A DNA stretch of 64,000 nucleotides from Podarcis gaigeae (Eukaryota), in assembly GCA_964106915.2 (NCBI GenBank), contig OZ066919.1; one strand, given 5' to 3'. The position numbers and the translations under genes are program-made. The notes under the pieces were generated by a model. The model was not told the origin of the DNA and did not search any database. It was given only the letters and a program-made list of their open reading frames with translations. Positions 1-11,800 of the stretch are shown here, one piece after another; within the stretch, counting starts at the first letter, position 1, and each line of letters begins with the position of its first letter.

Positions 1-826
1 TTCTTTTTGAAAGCACAAGGCAGCATAAGCAGTCATTATCAAACTCCTTTTTCCTCCTTTGCCTCCCTCTCCTCCTTTTTGGTAGCCAGTGCATAAAGAG
101 CCACTCTCTGTGTTATAAAGCTATTATTCTCACTTAAAAGAAACCAGACCGTCCATTTCTGCTGGGGTGTACCTGCTTGCTTGTGTGAACAAAGGTTTCA
201 GAAAGCGATCTCTTGGGTCTCTGTATAAGGGGCAGGCTAAAAGTGATGTATTCCACCTGAGATTGACCACTAAAATAAAGTTTTTTCTTCCCTGCTTTGC
301 AGGAACAAAAACAGCCTAGATATTGCTGTTGTTTATTTGTACAAGGGGTCAGACATCTATGGCTCAGGGGAGTGGAGGATAAGTGTCTTTTCCTTTCCCC
401 TTCTGCTCCCTAGGGTTGGCATTGTTGTGTTCCTCATACTACAGAGGAAGTGCTGCCTGCCAATTTGTCTGAGGCATTGGCCTGTCTCTACCTGCAGGGC
501 TCAGGCTACCATTGTCCCCTCCTCCGAGACTCTTAAGTCTTCATTGCACACTCTTCTCTGGGCTGCTGCATTCTCTGCTGATTCTACCAAGTGCTGCTCA
601 TTAGGTGGTTGACCTTCACATTGAGCCAGCCCTGGAGCTTCCCTGCCCAGTGACATGTTTTTGACCTCTTCACACTTAGAAGGAGGTGTCTCCCATGTTA
701 AAAAGAACCATTCTTTGAGTTCCCATTGCTACCACTTCTGGAAGAGTGAAGGTATGACAATATATGGTGGGTGGAATCATAAACCTAAAAATAAAATGTC
801 AGAAAATGTCAGAATATTGCTACTTT

Positions 827-831
<5 letters not shown>

Positions 832-871
<40 letters not shown>
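832..871. repeat. (TA)n microsatellite
   Basis: Seen directly in sequence. Confidence 0.98.
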
Positions 872-874
<3 letters not shown>

Positions 875-1434
875 CCCACCATTGTCTCTATCGATAAGGG
901 CCTTCATTGATTGATAATTGATTCTCTGACCAAATTGTATTTGTTGCACAACCCTACACATCTTGCCTCAAGGCTGTACTTCCATGGTAAAGCTCTCATG
1001 CTTTCCCAAGACTTGTACCTGGAGAAACACTTCCCTCATCATCTCCTCATTCATTACTATGACAAATGCATTGGCTGTGTTTGTGTCACAGTCATCTATT
1101 AGTATTGCTTGTTTGTAATGCAGGCATGTTTTACAAACCTTTCATATGTTTCCTTCCGTTATTAACTTTCCCCCTGCTTTGGAGGTTGCAAGCTGCACAA
1201 GAGCATTTATCTAACTGTATTTTGGGGAAACAAATATAGAGAAAGCAACAAAAATAAGCACAAAGAAAAATCCTGCCATTTTGTGACTCTTTTGTTTAAT
1301 CTTCTTATTAAAATAATATCAAAGGCTTTCGGTTCACACCAGTGTTGGAGGACCCAGTTGACTCAGCTTTATCTTGTATGCTCCTTGAGACAGGCACCAT
1401 AACACTAGGTGTAATATATATATATATATATATA

Positions 1435-1532
1435 TGCAGGTTTTGGTGTCCTCGGGTGTCTTCCCGTGTAAAAGTAGACACCCGAGGACACCAAAACCTG
1501 CATTCCTGTACCCGTGAAAATCTACGAAAGCA
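1435..1532 (+). mobile_element. Mini PLE insertion: inverted pLTR end plus direct pLTR end with a 30-nt tail
   Basis: 27-bp arms at 1435-1461 and 1476-1502 are identical to the pLTR terminus. They are followed by ttcctgtacccgtgaaaatctacgaaagca. (TA)n flanks both sides. Confidence 0.88.
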
Positions 1533-1552
1533 TATATATATATATATATATA

Positions 1553-2624
1553 TGCAGGTTTTGGTGTCCTCGGGTGTCTTCCCGTGTAAAAGTTGGGGTG
1601 TCTAGGCGACGTTTCGACGAGGTCTCACTCGTCATCTTCAGGCTGGTGCTTTCGGCTTCTTGTTACTGGAACAGAGCGGGATCTCAATGTTTGAGTTCCT
1701 ATAAATACTGTAGAGGGGGTGTGGTGTCTAGCCTCCAATGTTCTGGGCAGAGAGGAAGTTCCCAGGCTAGTGTGCCTTTTCTTCTTTTGTTCCTTAATTA
1801 CTTGAGAGATACCTTGAGTGATTTCTTGAGTGATATCCTGAGTACCACTTAGGTGGGTCATTAGGTGTGGATTAGTTGCTAAAGTCTTTGTGTCTTGACC
1901 TCTTGAACTTTGTGAAGAGTTTTCCTGAGAAGATGGCTGTATTGCACTTAGTTGTGCTTTGGCTTGGCTTCGTGTATAGGGGCGAGCTGTGGTTTTGTGG
2001 CTTGTGTCAGCCAGATCTGTGTAGGGATTGCAGGGGGGTGCAGCATCCGGAGGTGCCACCATGGATTGGCTACTGGATGGTGTCAGTAATTCATCTGTGG
2101 AGAGGGTCTGGGTTTGGGTCTGGTGTGGTTGATTGGTGTTGGCGTTCTGTGTGCCTCTGGATCTGGTGTCAGTTTTTGTGGAGAGGGCTAATTTCCAGAT
2201 GTCTGGCAAGCGGGATGTGTCGTCACGCTTGTTCATGTTGTGAGGGTGTTTCTCTATCTCGATGGCTTCCATGATTATTCTCTTGTGGTGATGTTCCGTG
2301 TTAAAGAGCAATTTGGAATCTGCAAAATTAATTTCGTGTCCTGTTTCTTTCATGTGTTGGAAAAGAGAGGAAGTTTTTTCTTCTTTTTTGACGGCATTCT
2401 TGTGTTCTGCGATACGTGCATTTATTCGTCTGTTTGTTTGTCCAATGTACGTGGCTGGGCAGACTTTGCAGGGTATTTCATAGATCCCTTGGTTTTCCAA
2501 CTGGATTTTATCCTTGGGGTTTCTGAGGATATTGGCTATTTTTTGGTTGGTGCAAAAGGCTGTTTTGATATTGTGTTTATGGAGGATTTTGCTAATTTTA
2601 TCTGTAGTGCCCTTGATATAAGGA
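1553..2624 (-). mobile_element. Penelope-like retroelement (Poseidon-type), 5'-truncated: GIY-YIG endonuclease plus pLTR
   Basis: ORF 1625-2656(-) contains PYIKG...GIYEIPC..C.ATYIGQTNR...RIAEH...EAIEI...NMNKRD, a PLE GIY-YIG domain. The element ends with a hammerhead-containing pLTR that abuts (TA)n. Confidence 0.93.
1606..1643 (-). ncRNA. Minimal type I hammerhead ribozyme motif (inverted copy)
   Basis: Exact reverse complement of 3490-3527. Confidence 0.75.
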
Positions 2625-2772
2625 CCACTTGACAACTGAGTTACAGAATCTCTCAAATGTGTTAATTGCCAATGGATACCAGCAAAACAGGATTACGAAG
2701 CTAATCCAAAAGGAAACACCCCCCAAAAACCAAGACACAGAAGAAAACAATGGCATGGCCCTCCTTCCTTAT
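2620..2772 (+). mobile_element. Same PLE: RT-thumb/linker fragment in the opposite orientation
   Basis: The + frame reads DHLTTELQNLSNVLIANGYQQNRITKLIQKETPPKNQDTEENNGMALLPY, the typical EL..L...NGY..LPY linker that precedes the GIY-YIG domain. It ends at the same ccttat where the minus-strand copy begins. Confidence 0.85.
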
Positions 2773-3579
2773 CCAACACATGAAAGAAACAGGACACGAA
2801 ATTAATTTTGCAGATTCCAAATTGCTCTTTAACACGGAACATCACCACAAGAGAATAATCATGGAAGCCATCGAGATAGAGAAACACCCTCACAACATGA
2901 ACAAGCGTGACGACACATCCCGCTTGCCAGACATCTGGAAATTAGCCCTCTCCACAAAAACTGACACCAGATCCAGAGGCACACAGAACGCCAACACCAA
3001 TCAACCACACCAGACCCAAACCCAGACCCTCTCCACAGATGAATTACTGACACCATCCAGTAGCCAATCCATGGTGGCACCTCCGGATGCTGCACCCCCC
3101 TGCAATCCCTACACAGATCTGGCTGACACAAGCCACAAAACCACAGCTCGCCCCTATACACGAAGCCAAGCCAAAGCACAACTAAGTGCAATACAGCCAT
3201 CTTCTCAGGAAAACTCTTCACAAAGTTCAAGAGGTCAAGACACAAAGACTTTAGCAACTAATCCACACCTAATGACCCACCTAAGTGGTACTCAGGATAT
3301 CACTCAAGAAATCACTCAAGGTATCTCTCAAGTAATTAAGGAACAAAAGAAGAAAAGGCACACTAGCCTGGGAACTTCCTCTCTGCCCAGAACATTGGAG
3401 GCTAGACACCACACCCCCTCTACAGTATTTATAGGAACTCAAACATTGAGATCCCGCTCTGTTCCAGTAACAAGAAGCCGAAAGCACCAGCCTGAAGATG
3501 ACGAGTGAGACCTCGTCGAAACGTCGCCTAGACACCCCAACTTTTACACGGGAAGACACCCGAGGACACCAAAACCTGC

Positions 3580-3580
<1 letters not shown>
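2772..3580 (+). mobile_element. Same PLE: 3' half plus pLTR, inverted duplicate of 1553-2361
   Basis: Reverse complement of 1553-2361, with identical translations in the ORF track. Ends ...aaaacctgca followed by (TA)n(CA)n. Confidence 0.93.
3490..3527 (+). ncRNA. Minimal type I hammerhead ribozyme motif (Poseidon-type pLTR)
   Basis: CUGAAGA core 3492-3498; helix II GACGAG/CUCGUC (3500-3505, 3512-3517); GAAA 3518-3521; palindromic ACGU helix III; GUC triplet ending 3525. Helix I is only about 2 bp. Confidence 0.75.
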
Positions 3581-3631
<51 letters not shown>

Positions 3632-3667
3632 TAAACCAAGGGGGAAACAATAGCAAAAGGATTTTGG

Positions 3668-3797
3668 GAAACAGAGTGCCCTCCAGATGTTTTTTGACTA
3701 TAATTCCCATCATCCCCAGCCAGCCAGCAAGGCTAATGACCAGGGATGATGGGAATTATAGTCCACAGTATCTGAGGGCACCACGTTGGTTACTCCC
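3668..3797. mobile_element. Palindromic ~130-bp MITE; related copies near 19955, 21685-22040, 27180, 29600, 32875, 43225, 47235, 52670
   Basis: gtgccctccagatg..gactataattcccatcatccc / gggatgatgggaattatagtcc..atctgagggcac fold-back structure, repeated across the window. Confidence 0.75.
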
Positions 3798-4120
3798 TCT
3801 TTAAAACAAGGCCAGCCTCTCTCTCCTGCATGCTACTGGGGTGTTGTGCTGTTGTTACCAAGAATGGGTTTGCAAGGGTATTTCGCAAAGGCTAAAGTGT
3901 GGTTGTGTCACATTGACTGTTTGTGCAAAAATGCCTCTAAGGTGCATCAGTGGAATTCAGTGGAAATATGCTGTATTAGGAGTGCTGCCCTGTTTTGGGT
4001 AGTTAGTTGCTCAGTCCATCTCCAGCACAGCATGAGCTGAGTCTACCAAGCTGCTGAAACTGCATCATAATTTGGATCTCTCTGCAGGAAGACAAACTCA
4101 TATCATTAGAGTCCTTCAAA

Positions 4121-4123
<3 letters not shown>

Positions 4124-4166
<43 letters not shown>
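4124..4166. repeat. (GT)n microsatellite
   Basis: Seen directly in sequence. Confidence 0.98.
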
Positions 4167-4170
<4 letters not shown>

Positions 4171-7100
4171 CCACACAGCTTCAGTCTGCATTCAATTGTT
4201 CTAGACCAATGGTAACGGTTTGAAAACAGAGTATGAAGAAGAAAAGGGAAATCGTTTCCCCCTCAAATGCGGAGAACACAGAAAACAAGATATTGGATTT
4301 GGAAATCCAGTGAAAACTGACACAGAACTATATTACTTAGGTATAGCTCACAGTGAGGTAGTAAGGCAGAGTTGTACCACTTTAGATTGCAGGTGAGAAA
4401 AAGATCATGCAAATGTTTCAGTTTATTCAAATAAAAAACCCTGAGGACAGAAAACTAGCATGTCAAACAAAAGCCTGTTCTTTTGCCTGCAGTGCTGGTT
4501 TTCGATGTGCAGGGATATATATTCATGTGACACGAACCAGCCTTGACATCGCTTTAACACCTCAGCAAGAACCAAGAATTAGCATGCCGCTGTGCTGATG
4601 AGCCATTCCTTCAAACCCCAGGCTTGCCAATCACACCACTGATACGTTCATCGAGGCAGAATGAACAGAATGTCTGCCTGAGACAGTCGTTCTCTAGCCT
4701 CCTGGCCCAAATATTTCCATGAGCCCATTTGCAAAAGATTTATGTTTAAATTGGAAGTTTTTCACGACTGGACGGCACAAGGCAGTGTTTGTAGAACAAA
4801 TGGCGTTTAAAAAACCCCAAGGGGCCCGGATTGGTTCAGCATCAAGCAAGACTCTTCCGTAAGCCAGCTGATGTTCTTTTAATGAGCGCTGCTCGTCAGG
4901 GATCATCCTTGCAACTTGCTGTATAAAAGAACAGTTTGCTGTGAGTTTATAAAGCAGCCTCTCTTTTGAAAGGGTTGAGACACTACACCAGCCTCAGATG
5001 TGCAAAACAGACACTTATTTGAACGGAAAGGGGGAAATGAGATGCCAGGTTTTTCCTCCCCTCGTTCCACATTATGGTTGTTGTCGCTACTATCATTATT
5101 AGTTGCCTGTCTGTTGTTTGACAGGCTGTGTTGCATCTGTGCATCACAAGCTACATTAGCTCACACGGGAAGGGAAAAAATCCTACTGGACTGTGAGCTT
5201 CAACATGGCTTAAGCAAGGAAGTGGTTCCACCAAAAGACGGCAGGTCAATGTAGGCTGCAGGTCAGCTGACATTTTCATGTGTGAAATTATCCCACTGAA
5301 ATGAGGGTCTGGTTAGGGATCTTTTGTGCTCCTTACCATTGGGATATCAAAAGGAGGTTCTGATGCAAATCAGTGTGATAAGTTCAAAGCACAAGCATGC
5401 TAATGTTCGTGTCCCCCCTCTTTTGTTGTTGTTGTCGCTTTGTGGAAACGGCGCCTTTCTTTTGCCAAATGTAGCTTTATTAATGTCAAGTTTGACAAGC
5501 GAAACTACTTTATGAATGCAGCTGTCTGAGGCTGTAGACCTGATTGCTTTCAACTAAAACCCAGTACCAGCTCTTCAGATGAGTCAAAAGCTTTTTTAAA
5601 AAATAAATAAAAAAAGACTGTAAAGAGGAATGCTTTTAGTAGCTTTGTCATTAAACTGCTTTTCACAGCTCTTAATGTTATTTGTTGCTGGAGGTTACAT
5701 TATAATCCTTTCCCCCCTTTTTTGTGCACCAGAAATAGCAACTCAATCAGTGTGCTCAAGGGCTAACATTTTCTGTGCAGAGGACCTGTGGTTTTCCCTT
5801 CCCATAGAGGTCTGAGGTTAAGTAGCAGACTTCTACCACAGACCCATATGAAGCCTTTTTTTAAAAGCTGTAGCTGAAGGATGACCGCCAAAGCCATATC
5901 TCAGTAGCCAAAAGCAGGGGCAGCACTCACCACAGGGCCTACAGCGCACCCGAGCCATACATCTCTCCTGGGAGAGACGTGGTGGCTTGGGTGCACGCAG
6001 GCTCCACACTGCCCAAACGGTCTGCCCTCTGCTTCCCCTCCCCTCATGCTGTAGGGCGGCTGAGTGGGAGGAGGCAGGCAGACTATGGAGGCCCCACGGT
6101 GTGTCCCTGCCCCTATGGACGGTTGCCCCATTCCTGGGCGTGCCGCCCCAGGCGCCCAAGTGGCTTCCTCCACCCCTGGCCAGAAGTCTCAGGTTCAATC
6201 TCTGACCTCTCCTCGAGGCCCTTAGGAGTCACTTTCTATCAGAGTAGATGATAACTGTTCTAGAATGGCAAAAAATGTGACCTGATGTAAGCAGGCCTGG
6301 CTGTGGGTTGGCTTTGGCACTAGGCAATAGTGGTTTGCATGGTGAGGGGGAGTAGGGGCAGCCACCTTGTGATGGAACGCCAAGATTTGGCACCCCTGTG
6401 GGTGCTCCACCTGCCTTGCCACCTCCACTGCTGGCAGAGAAGCAAATCTCACCAGAATCCGGCACCACCAAGCGACCTAGGTAAGGGAGGCTTAAAGCGG
6501 ACAGGGGAGCACCTTCCCGTTTCGCCTCAGGCAGCCAAACAGGACATGGCGCCCCTGAGGTGGAGCAAAGGAGCCTTCTCCCAATGCTGGGGCTACTGCA
6601 GTTTACCTGTGCTGAGGACCCACCTGGAATGAGCTGCTCTGTTCATTAGGGCTGACACTCAACCAAGTCTGTGGAGATCGTGTTTTTGCTAATAAAGAGT
6701 TATCTCTGTCTTTGAACTGTACAAAGGTAAACATTGTATTTGTTGCTCAGCCAACTTTTGCCTCCTGACCCTGCTCAGCAGTAGCATGTAGCCCTCAGAA
6801 AGTTGCCCAGAAGGGAATGAAGCCCTCTGGCTGGAAAAGATTCCCCAACCCAACTCCAATGTATGCATGCTGGGAGCAGGACTGGTTGCAATTCAGATCC
6901 TGGCACAAGCAGGATGCAGGCCTAGTTATCATGGCGGCGGCAGCAATGGGCCCTGCATGTGCCAAATAATATCACGCGCTGGCATCCTGCATGGTTGTAA
7001 GGTAGTATCCTGTGCTCTTTTGGCAACTGTTAACATTACAAATCCGGGGCCAAGGCAGACCACACACTTTTTAAAATTAAATACGTTGTTTGCTGAGTTT

Positions 7101-8556
7101 AATGAGTTCAACGAATTTAACTCGAACCCTGCAGGACACTTCTCGTTCTCTCCTGCAAAATGTGTCTTTATCAGTGTTCATATCAGTAAGATTCCCTAGA
7201 GAGAGAAAAGAATTTTACAGTCTGATCAGTTATATAATGCCCATTTACCAGTAATAAGATGAAAGCCTTGTAACAATTCTCATTTGTGTTTAAGACTTGA
7301 ATATTCATAAACAATATAAACAATAGCAGTACAGTGGAATGCAATAAAACCTCTCTCCCTGCAGCCCAGCTCCACTCTTGGATGTGAGCTGCCGGGGGGG
7401 GGGGGGGGAGACATCTCAAGTGGTAGAATACAAGGTAAGTAAGGCTGGAATGTGGGTGGGTGTTCCTTTAGAAGATGAATAGACCAAAATATCTCTAACC
7501 TTAAGCTGGGGGTGGAGAAACATTTAGTTGTCTCTGCATTTCTAAACCAACCAGCCTAATCAGTTAAATAAAAGGAAATCAGTTGAAACTATAAAATCAG
7601 AATCCAGTTAAAATGCCTGCTGGAATTTTTTTTAAGTCTTCAGTAGGTGCTGGAGGTACAACACGGAAGGGCCCTCTCTGACCTTAAGTGGATCTAATGG
7701 GGGATTTATCTTTTCTTCTCATATCCTTTGTAATCCGTTCAGATCAAAACATTTTTATCAGTGATAAGTTTAAATTAAAAACGGTGCACAAAAAAGCTAC
7801 ATCTGTCCTAGGAAAATGAGCTACCTAACTTAATACAGATTTGTTCAGAGCTTTGAACTATGAGTAATGAATCTTTCAGACAATTTATTCAAGCAGAACT
7901 GAAATAGAATCTACTTAAATACATCCAGCGGTTGTGCTAAAATCTCCTAACTTGAACAGTTCCAAGATTCGTGAACATTCTAATTGGATACAGCTACAGA
8001 AAAATGTTGTTTGACTTTAATAAAAAAAAAAGGCCGTGGAGATGACTAGAATAATAACACTTTTGACTAAAGTTTCCATCAGTGTGTGTTTAGTTGATTA
8101 ATTGCCTTTTGATTGATTAATTGCTTTATTAAGCCATGAATATCAATGCAATTGCTGTTTTGAAGATGTGTAATGAAGATAGGTTTTCAGACTAAATAAA
8201 GCAGACAAAGCATTTTTTTCCCCATCCGATTATCTCAAATTGTTCCTAAAAGAATAACATCTACCCTAAACCAGTTTCTTTAAGGAGCAACTTTAGTTTT
8301 AAATGTATGCAAATCCATATGGAATTAGGAGTTAACTGTCTTTAGTGATTAATCAGCAGCGGTTAATAGTTTGAGACTTAATTTGCAACCTTCCTTTTCT
8401 GTTGAGCCAGATTTTGTTAACCCAGCACTATCAACCCTATTCACTAGTGCTCCCAATGCTCTTAGGCAAAAGCCTTTCTTTACCTGTGTTGCTATAGCTG
8501 CCCAACAACAATGTTCTTTGAGATGAGCATTGACTCTTGACATTTTATCCACGGAA

Positions 8557-8722
8557 ACATAAGAAACTGCCTTATACTACATTGGTCAGTTGGTCCACCT
8601 GGTTCAGTACTATCTACACTGACCAGAGGCAGCTAAACAGGGTTTTCCAGAAGGGACATTCCCACCCTACCTGAGACATTCTGCATGCAAAACAGATTCT
8701 CTACCACTGAACTATTACCCTT
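8557..8722 (-). mobile_element. tRNA-derived squamate SINE (Squam3-like), degraded
   Basis: Minus strand reads tagttcagtggtagagaatctgttttgcatgcagaa...tcagtgtagatagtactgaaccaggtggaccaa...tataaggcagtttcttatg. Confidence 0.7.
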
Positions 8723-8869
8723 ACCCAGCCACTCTGTTGCTGAGCGAACTCCCCGGTGCTAAGAAATCCTGCTAGGTTTGTATCACGAGTCTTTTCATAC
8801 AAGAAAATATGGAGTCATACAATTGTAGTAGCAGTAATGGTGAAAAGCTGGGTTCTCAAGCAGTCGGTG

Positions 8870-11800
8870 GCAATTTAAATTTTTATTTCTTTACTTCCTT
8901 TTTCCATTGTTGGGGGTGGGTGGGATGGATATTTGGTTGGGGATTAATTTTAGTATAATTGTTCTGTTCCTTTTTGTTGTTGTTGTTGTTTTATTGGTTC
9001 TGTATAGTTTGTGTTTTGTTTTGAAGGGGATAGATCAGGGCTGCCTGGGAGTGGGGCCCCAGCCAACACGATGGCTGGGACAAGTTCCACAGGGGGGGAA
9101 GCACTGGGACATCCAATCTCGGTGATCATGGGCAGGAGACGGAGTTACGCTAAGACCAGACCATGTCATTACCGAGGAGGCAGGTTTAGTCGTTGTTTGA
9201 AGACTATCCCTGCGTCCAGGTCTGGCCTTGACCGGATGGATACTGGAATCAACAGGGGAAACCTACATGACCTGAAGGTGTTGCTGTGTAATGCCAGGTC
9301 AATGATGAATAAAACCACTGCCATCCACAACCTGATTGTGGATGGAGGATTTGACCTGGCATGTGTGACAGAGACCTGGTTGGAGGAAGCAGATGGGCCT
9401 GTCCTTGCCGCTGCTTGCCCACCAGCTTTCTCTTACGCACAGCAACCCAGGTCATGTGGGCGGGGAGGGGGGGTTGCAGTGATTTTTAGGAAGTCACTAG
9501 CTTGCACCAGGGAAGATCCTACTGGGAAGATCCAGTTTTCTGAGTGCATGTTCTGGAAGTTGGGCAATAGGGGCAGTACAGGATTCCTTTGGGTGTACCG
9601 ACCTCCCCGCTGCACCAAGGATTCCCTGTCTGAGCTGCTTCAGGTCGTGGCGGATTTTCTCCTGGAGACACCTAGTTTGGTTGTCCTAGGGGATTTTAAC
9701 ATCCATGCCGACACGACCTTACAAGGGGCTGCTCGGGACTTCGTGGAAAGCATGGCCTCCATGGGCTGTCCCTGAATAAGTTTGGCCCAACTCATAGTCA
9801 TGGACATGCCTTAGACCTGGTGTTCACCTCTAGTGACGTGGGTGATCTGACACTAAGTAAAAGTGAAACAAAAGAAGTGCCATGGTCAGATCACTTCCTG
9901 GTGCAACTGAACTTCTCTGCGACCCATCCCCTCTGCAGGGAGGTGGGACCAATTCGGATGGTCCGCCCCCGCCACTTAATAGATCCAAATGGTTTCCAGA
10001 GAGTGGTAGGGGATGCTTTATCCCATGTTGATGGCCTTTCAGCTGATTCCCTGGTGGCCCGCTGGAATGCGGAGTTAACCAGGGCTATCGACTGTCTGGC
10101 TCCGAAGCGCCCTCTCCGATTGCATGGAGCCTGGACAGCTCCGTGGTTTTCCTTGGAGCTGAGGGCGATGAAACAATCGCTGAGACGGCTAGAGCGTCGG
10201 TGGCAAAAAACTCACTCCGAATCTGACCGGACACAGGTTAGAGCTCAGTGTCGAGCCTACCAAGTGGTGATAGCGACGGCGAAGAAGACTTTCTTCACCG
10301 CCTCTATTGCATCTGCAGAAAATAGTAGCAGGAGACTTTTTCAGGTGGTTCGTAATTTAATGGAACCACCTTTACCACCGGGGCTTTGTAAAGACCCCAA
10401 GATCTCCTGCAACGATTTTGCAAAGTTTTTTGCAGATAAAATCACTCATATTTGGAAGGAGCTAGACACCACCGTGGGTGCAGGGCTGGGGCAGGAGAGT
10501 GCTAGAGCTCTGTCTGGTCAAGTTGCATGGAATCGATTTCAATCCATTACCCCTGAGGATGTGGACAGGCTGCTTGGACGCGTGAAACCAACCACCTGTC
10601 TCCTGGATCCTTGCCCATCCTGGCTAATAAAAGCAAGCCGGGAAGGGCTGGGCAATGGGCTCTGCGGGGTGGTGAATGCTTCCCTCTGTGAGGGAACATT
10701 CCCAGATCCGCTGAAAGAGGCGGTCATTAAACCGCTTCTTAAAAAACCATCTTTAGACCCGGCCAGTATGGCCAACTATCGCCCAGTCTCAAATCTTCCA
10801 TTCTTGGGCAAGGTGATTGAGCGCGTGGTTGCTGAACAACTCCAGGCACGCCTGGAGGATGCAGACCATTTGGATCCCTTCCAATCGGGATTCAGGCCTC
10901 ATCATGGGACTGAAACTGCCTTGGTCGCGCTGGTTGATGATCTCCAGCGAGCTAGGGACAAAGGTGAGAGTTGTTTCCTAGTTCTGCTGGATCTCTCAGC
11001 GGCCTTTGATACAATCGACCATAACATCCTTCTGGACCATCTAGAGGGGCTGGGAGCTGGGGGCACTGTTATACAGTGGTTTCGCTCCTTCCTCCTGGGC
11101 CGTGTTCAGAAAGTGGTGGTGGGGGATGAGTGTTCAGACCCCTGGGCCCTCACTTGTGGGGTGCCTCAGGGTTCCGTCCTCTCCCCCATGCTTTTTAACA
11201 TCTATATGAAGCTGCTGGGAGAGATCATCAGGGGGTTTGGACTGGGTGTCCATCAATATGCAGATGATACCCAGCTCAGAACCAGTGAAGGCGGTGAAGG
11301 TCCTGTGTGAGTGTCTGGAGGCGGTTGGAGGATGGATGACGGCTAATGGATTGAGGTTGAATCCTGACAAGACAGAAGTACTGCTTTTGGGGGACAGGGG
11401 GCGGGCTGGTGTGGAGGACTCCCTGGTCCTGAATAGGGTAACCGTGCCCCTGAAGGACCAGGTGCGCAGCCTGGGAGTCATTTTGGACTCACAGCTGTCC
11501 ATGGAGGCGCAGGTCAATTCTGTGTCCAAGGCAGCTGTCTACCAACTCCACCTGGTACGCAGGCTGAGACCCTACCTGCCCGCGGACTGTCTCGCCAGAG
11601 TGGTGCATGCTCTAGTTATCTCCCGCTTGGACTACTGCAATGCACTCTACGTGGGGCTACCTTTGAAGGTGACTCGGAAACCACAACTAATCCAGAATGC
11701 GGCAGCTAGACTGGTGACTGGGGGCGGCTGCCGAGACCACATAACACCGGTCTTGAAAGACCTACATTGGCTCCCAGTACGTTTCCGAGCACAATTCAAA

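Noticed and set aside
111-655. Possible solo LTR ending in TGACA
   Set aside because: No matching 5' terminus or TSD could be fixed.
1876-3257. 132-aa ORFs at 1876-2274(+) and 2859-3257(-), and similar antisense ORFs
   Set aside because: Shadow frames of the PLE inverted repeat with no recognisable domain.
5850-6560. GC-rich patch as a CpG-island promoter or exon
   Set aside because: Ends in a MITE-like terminus (gcctcaggcagccaaa..gcgcccctg) and its ORFs match nothing I recognise. It is probably a decayed DNA transposon, but the boundaries are unresolved.
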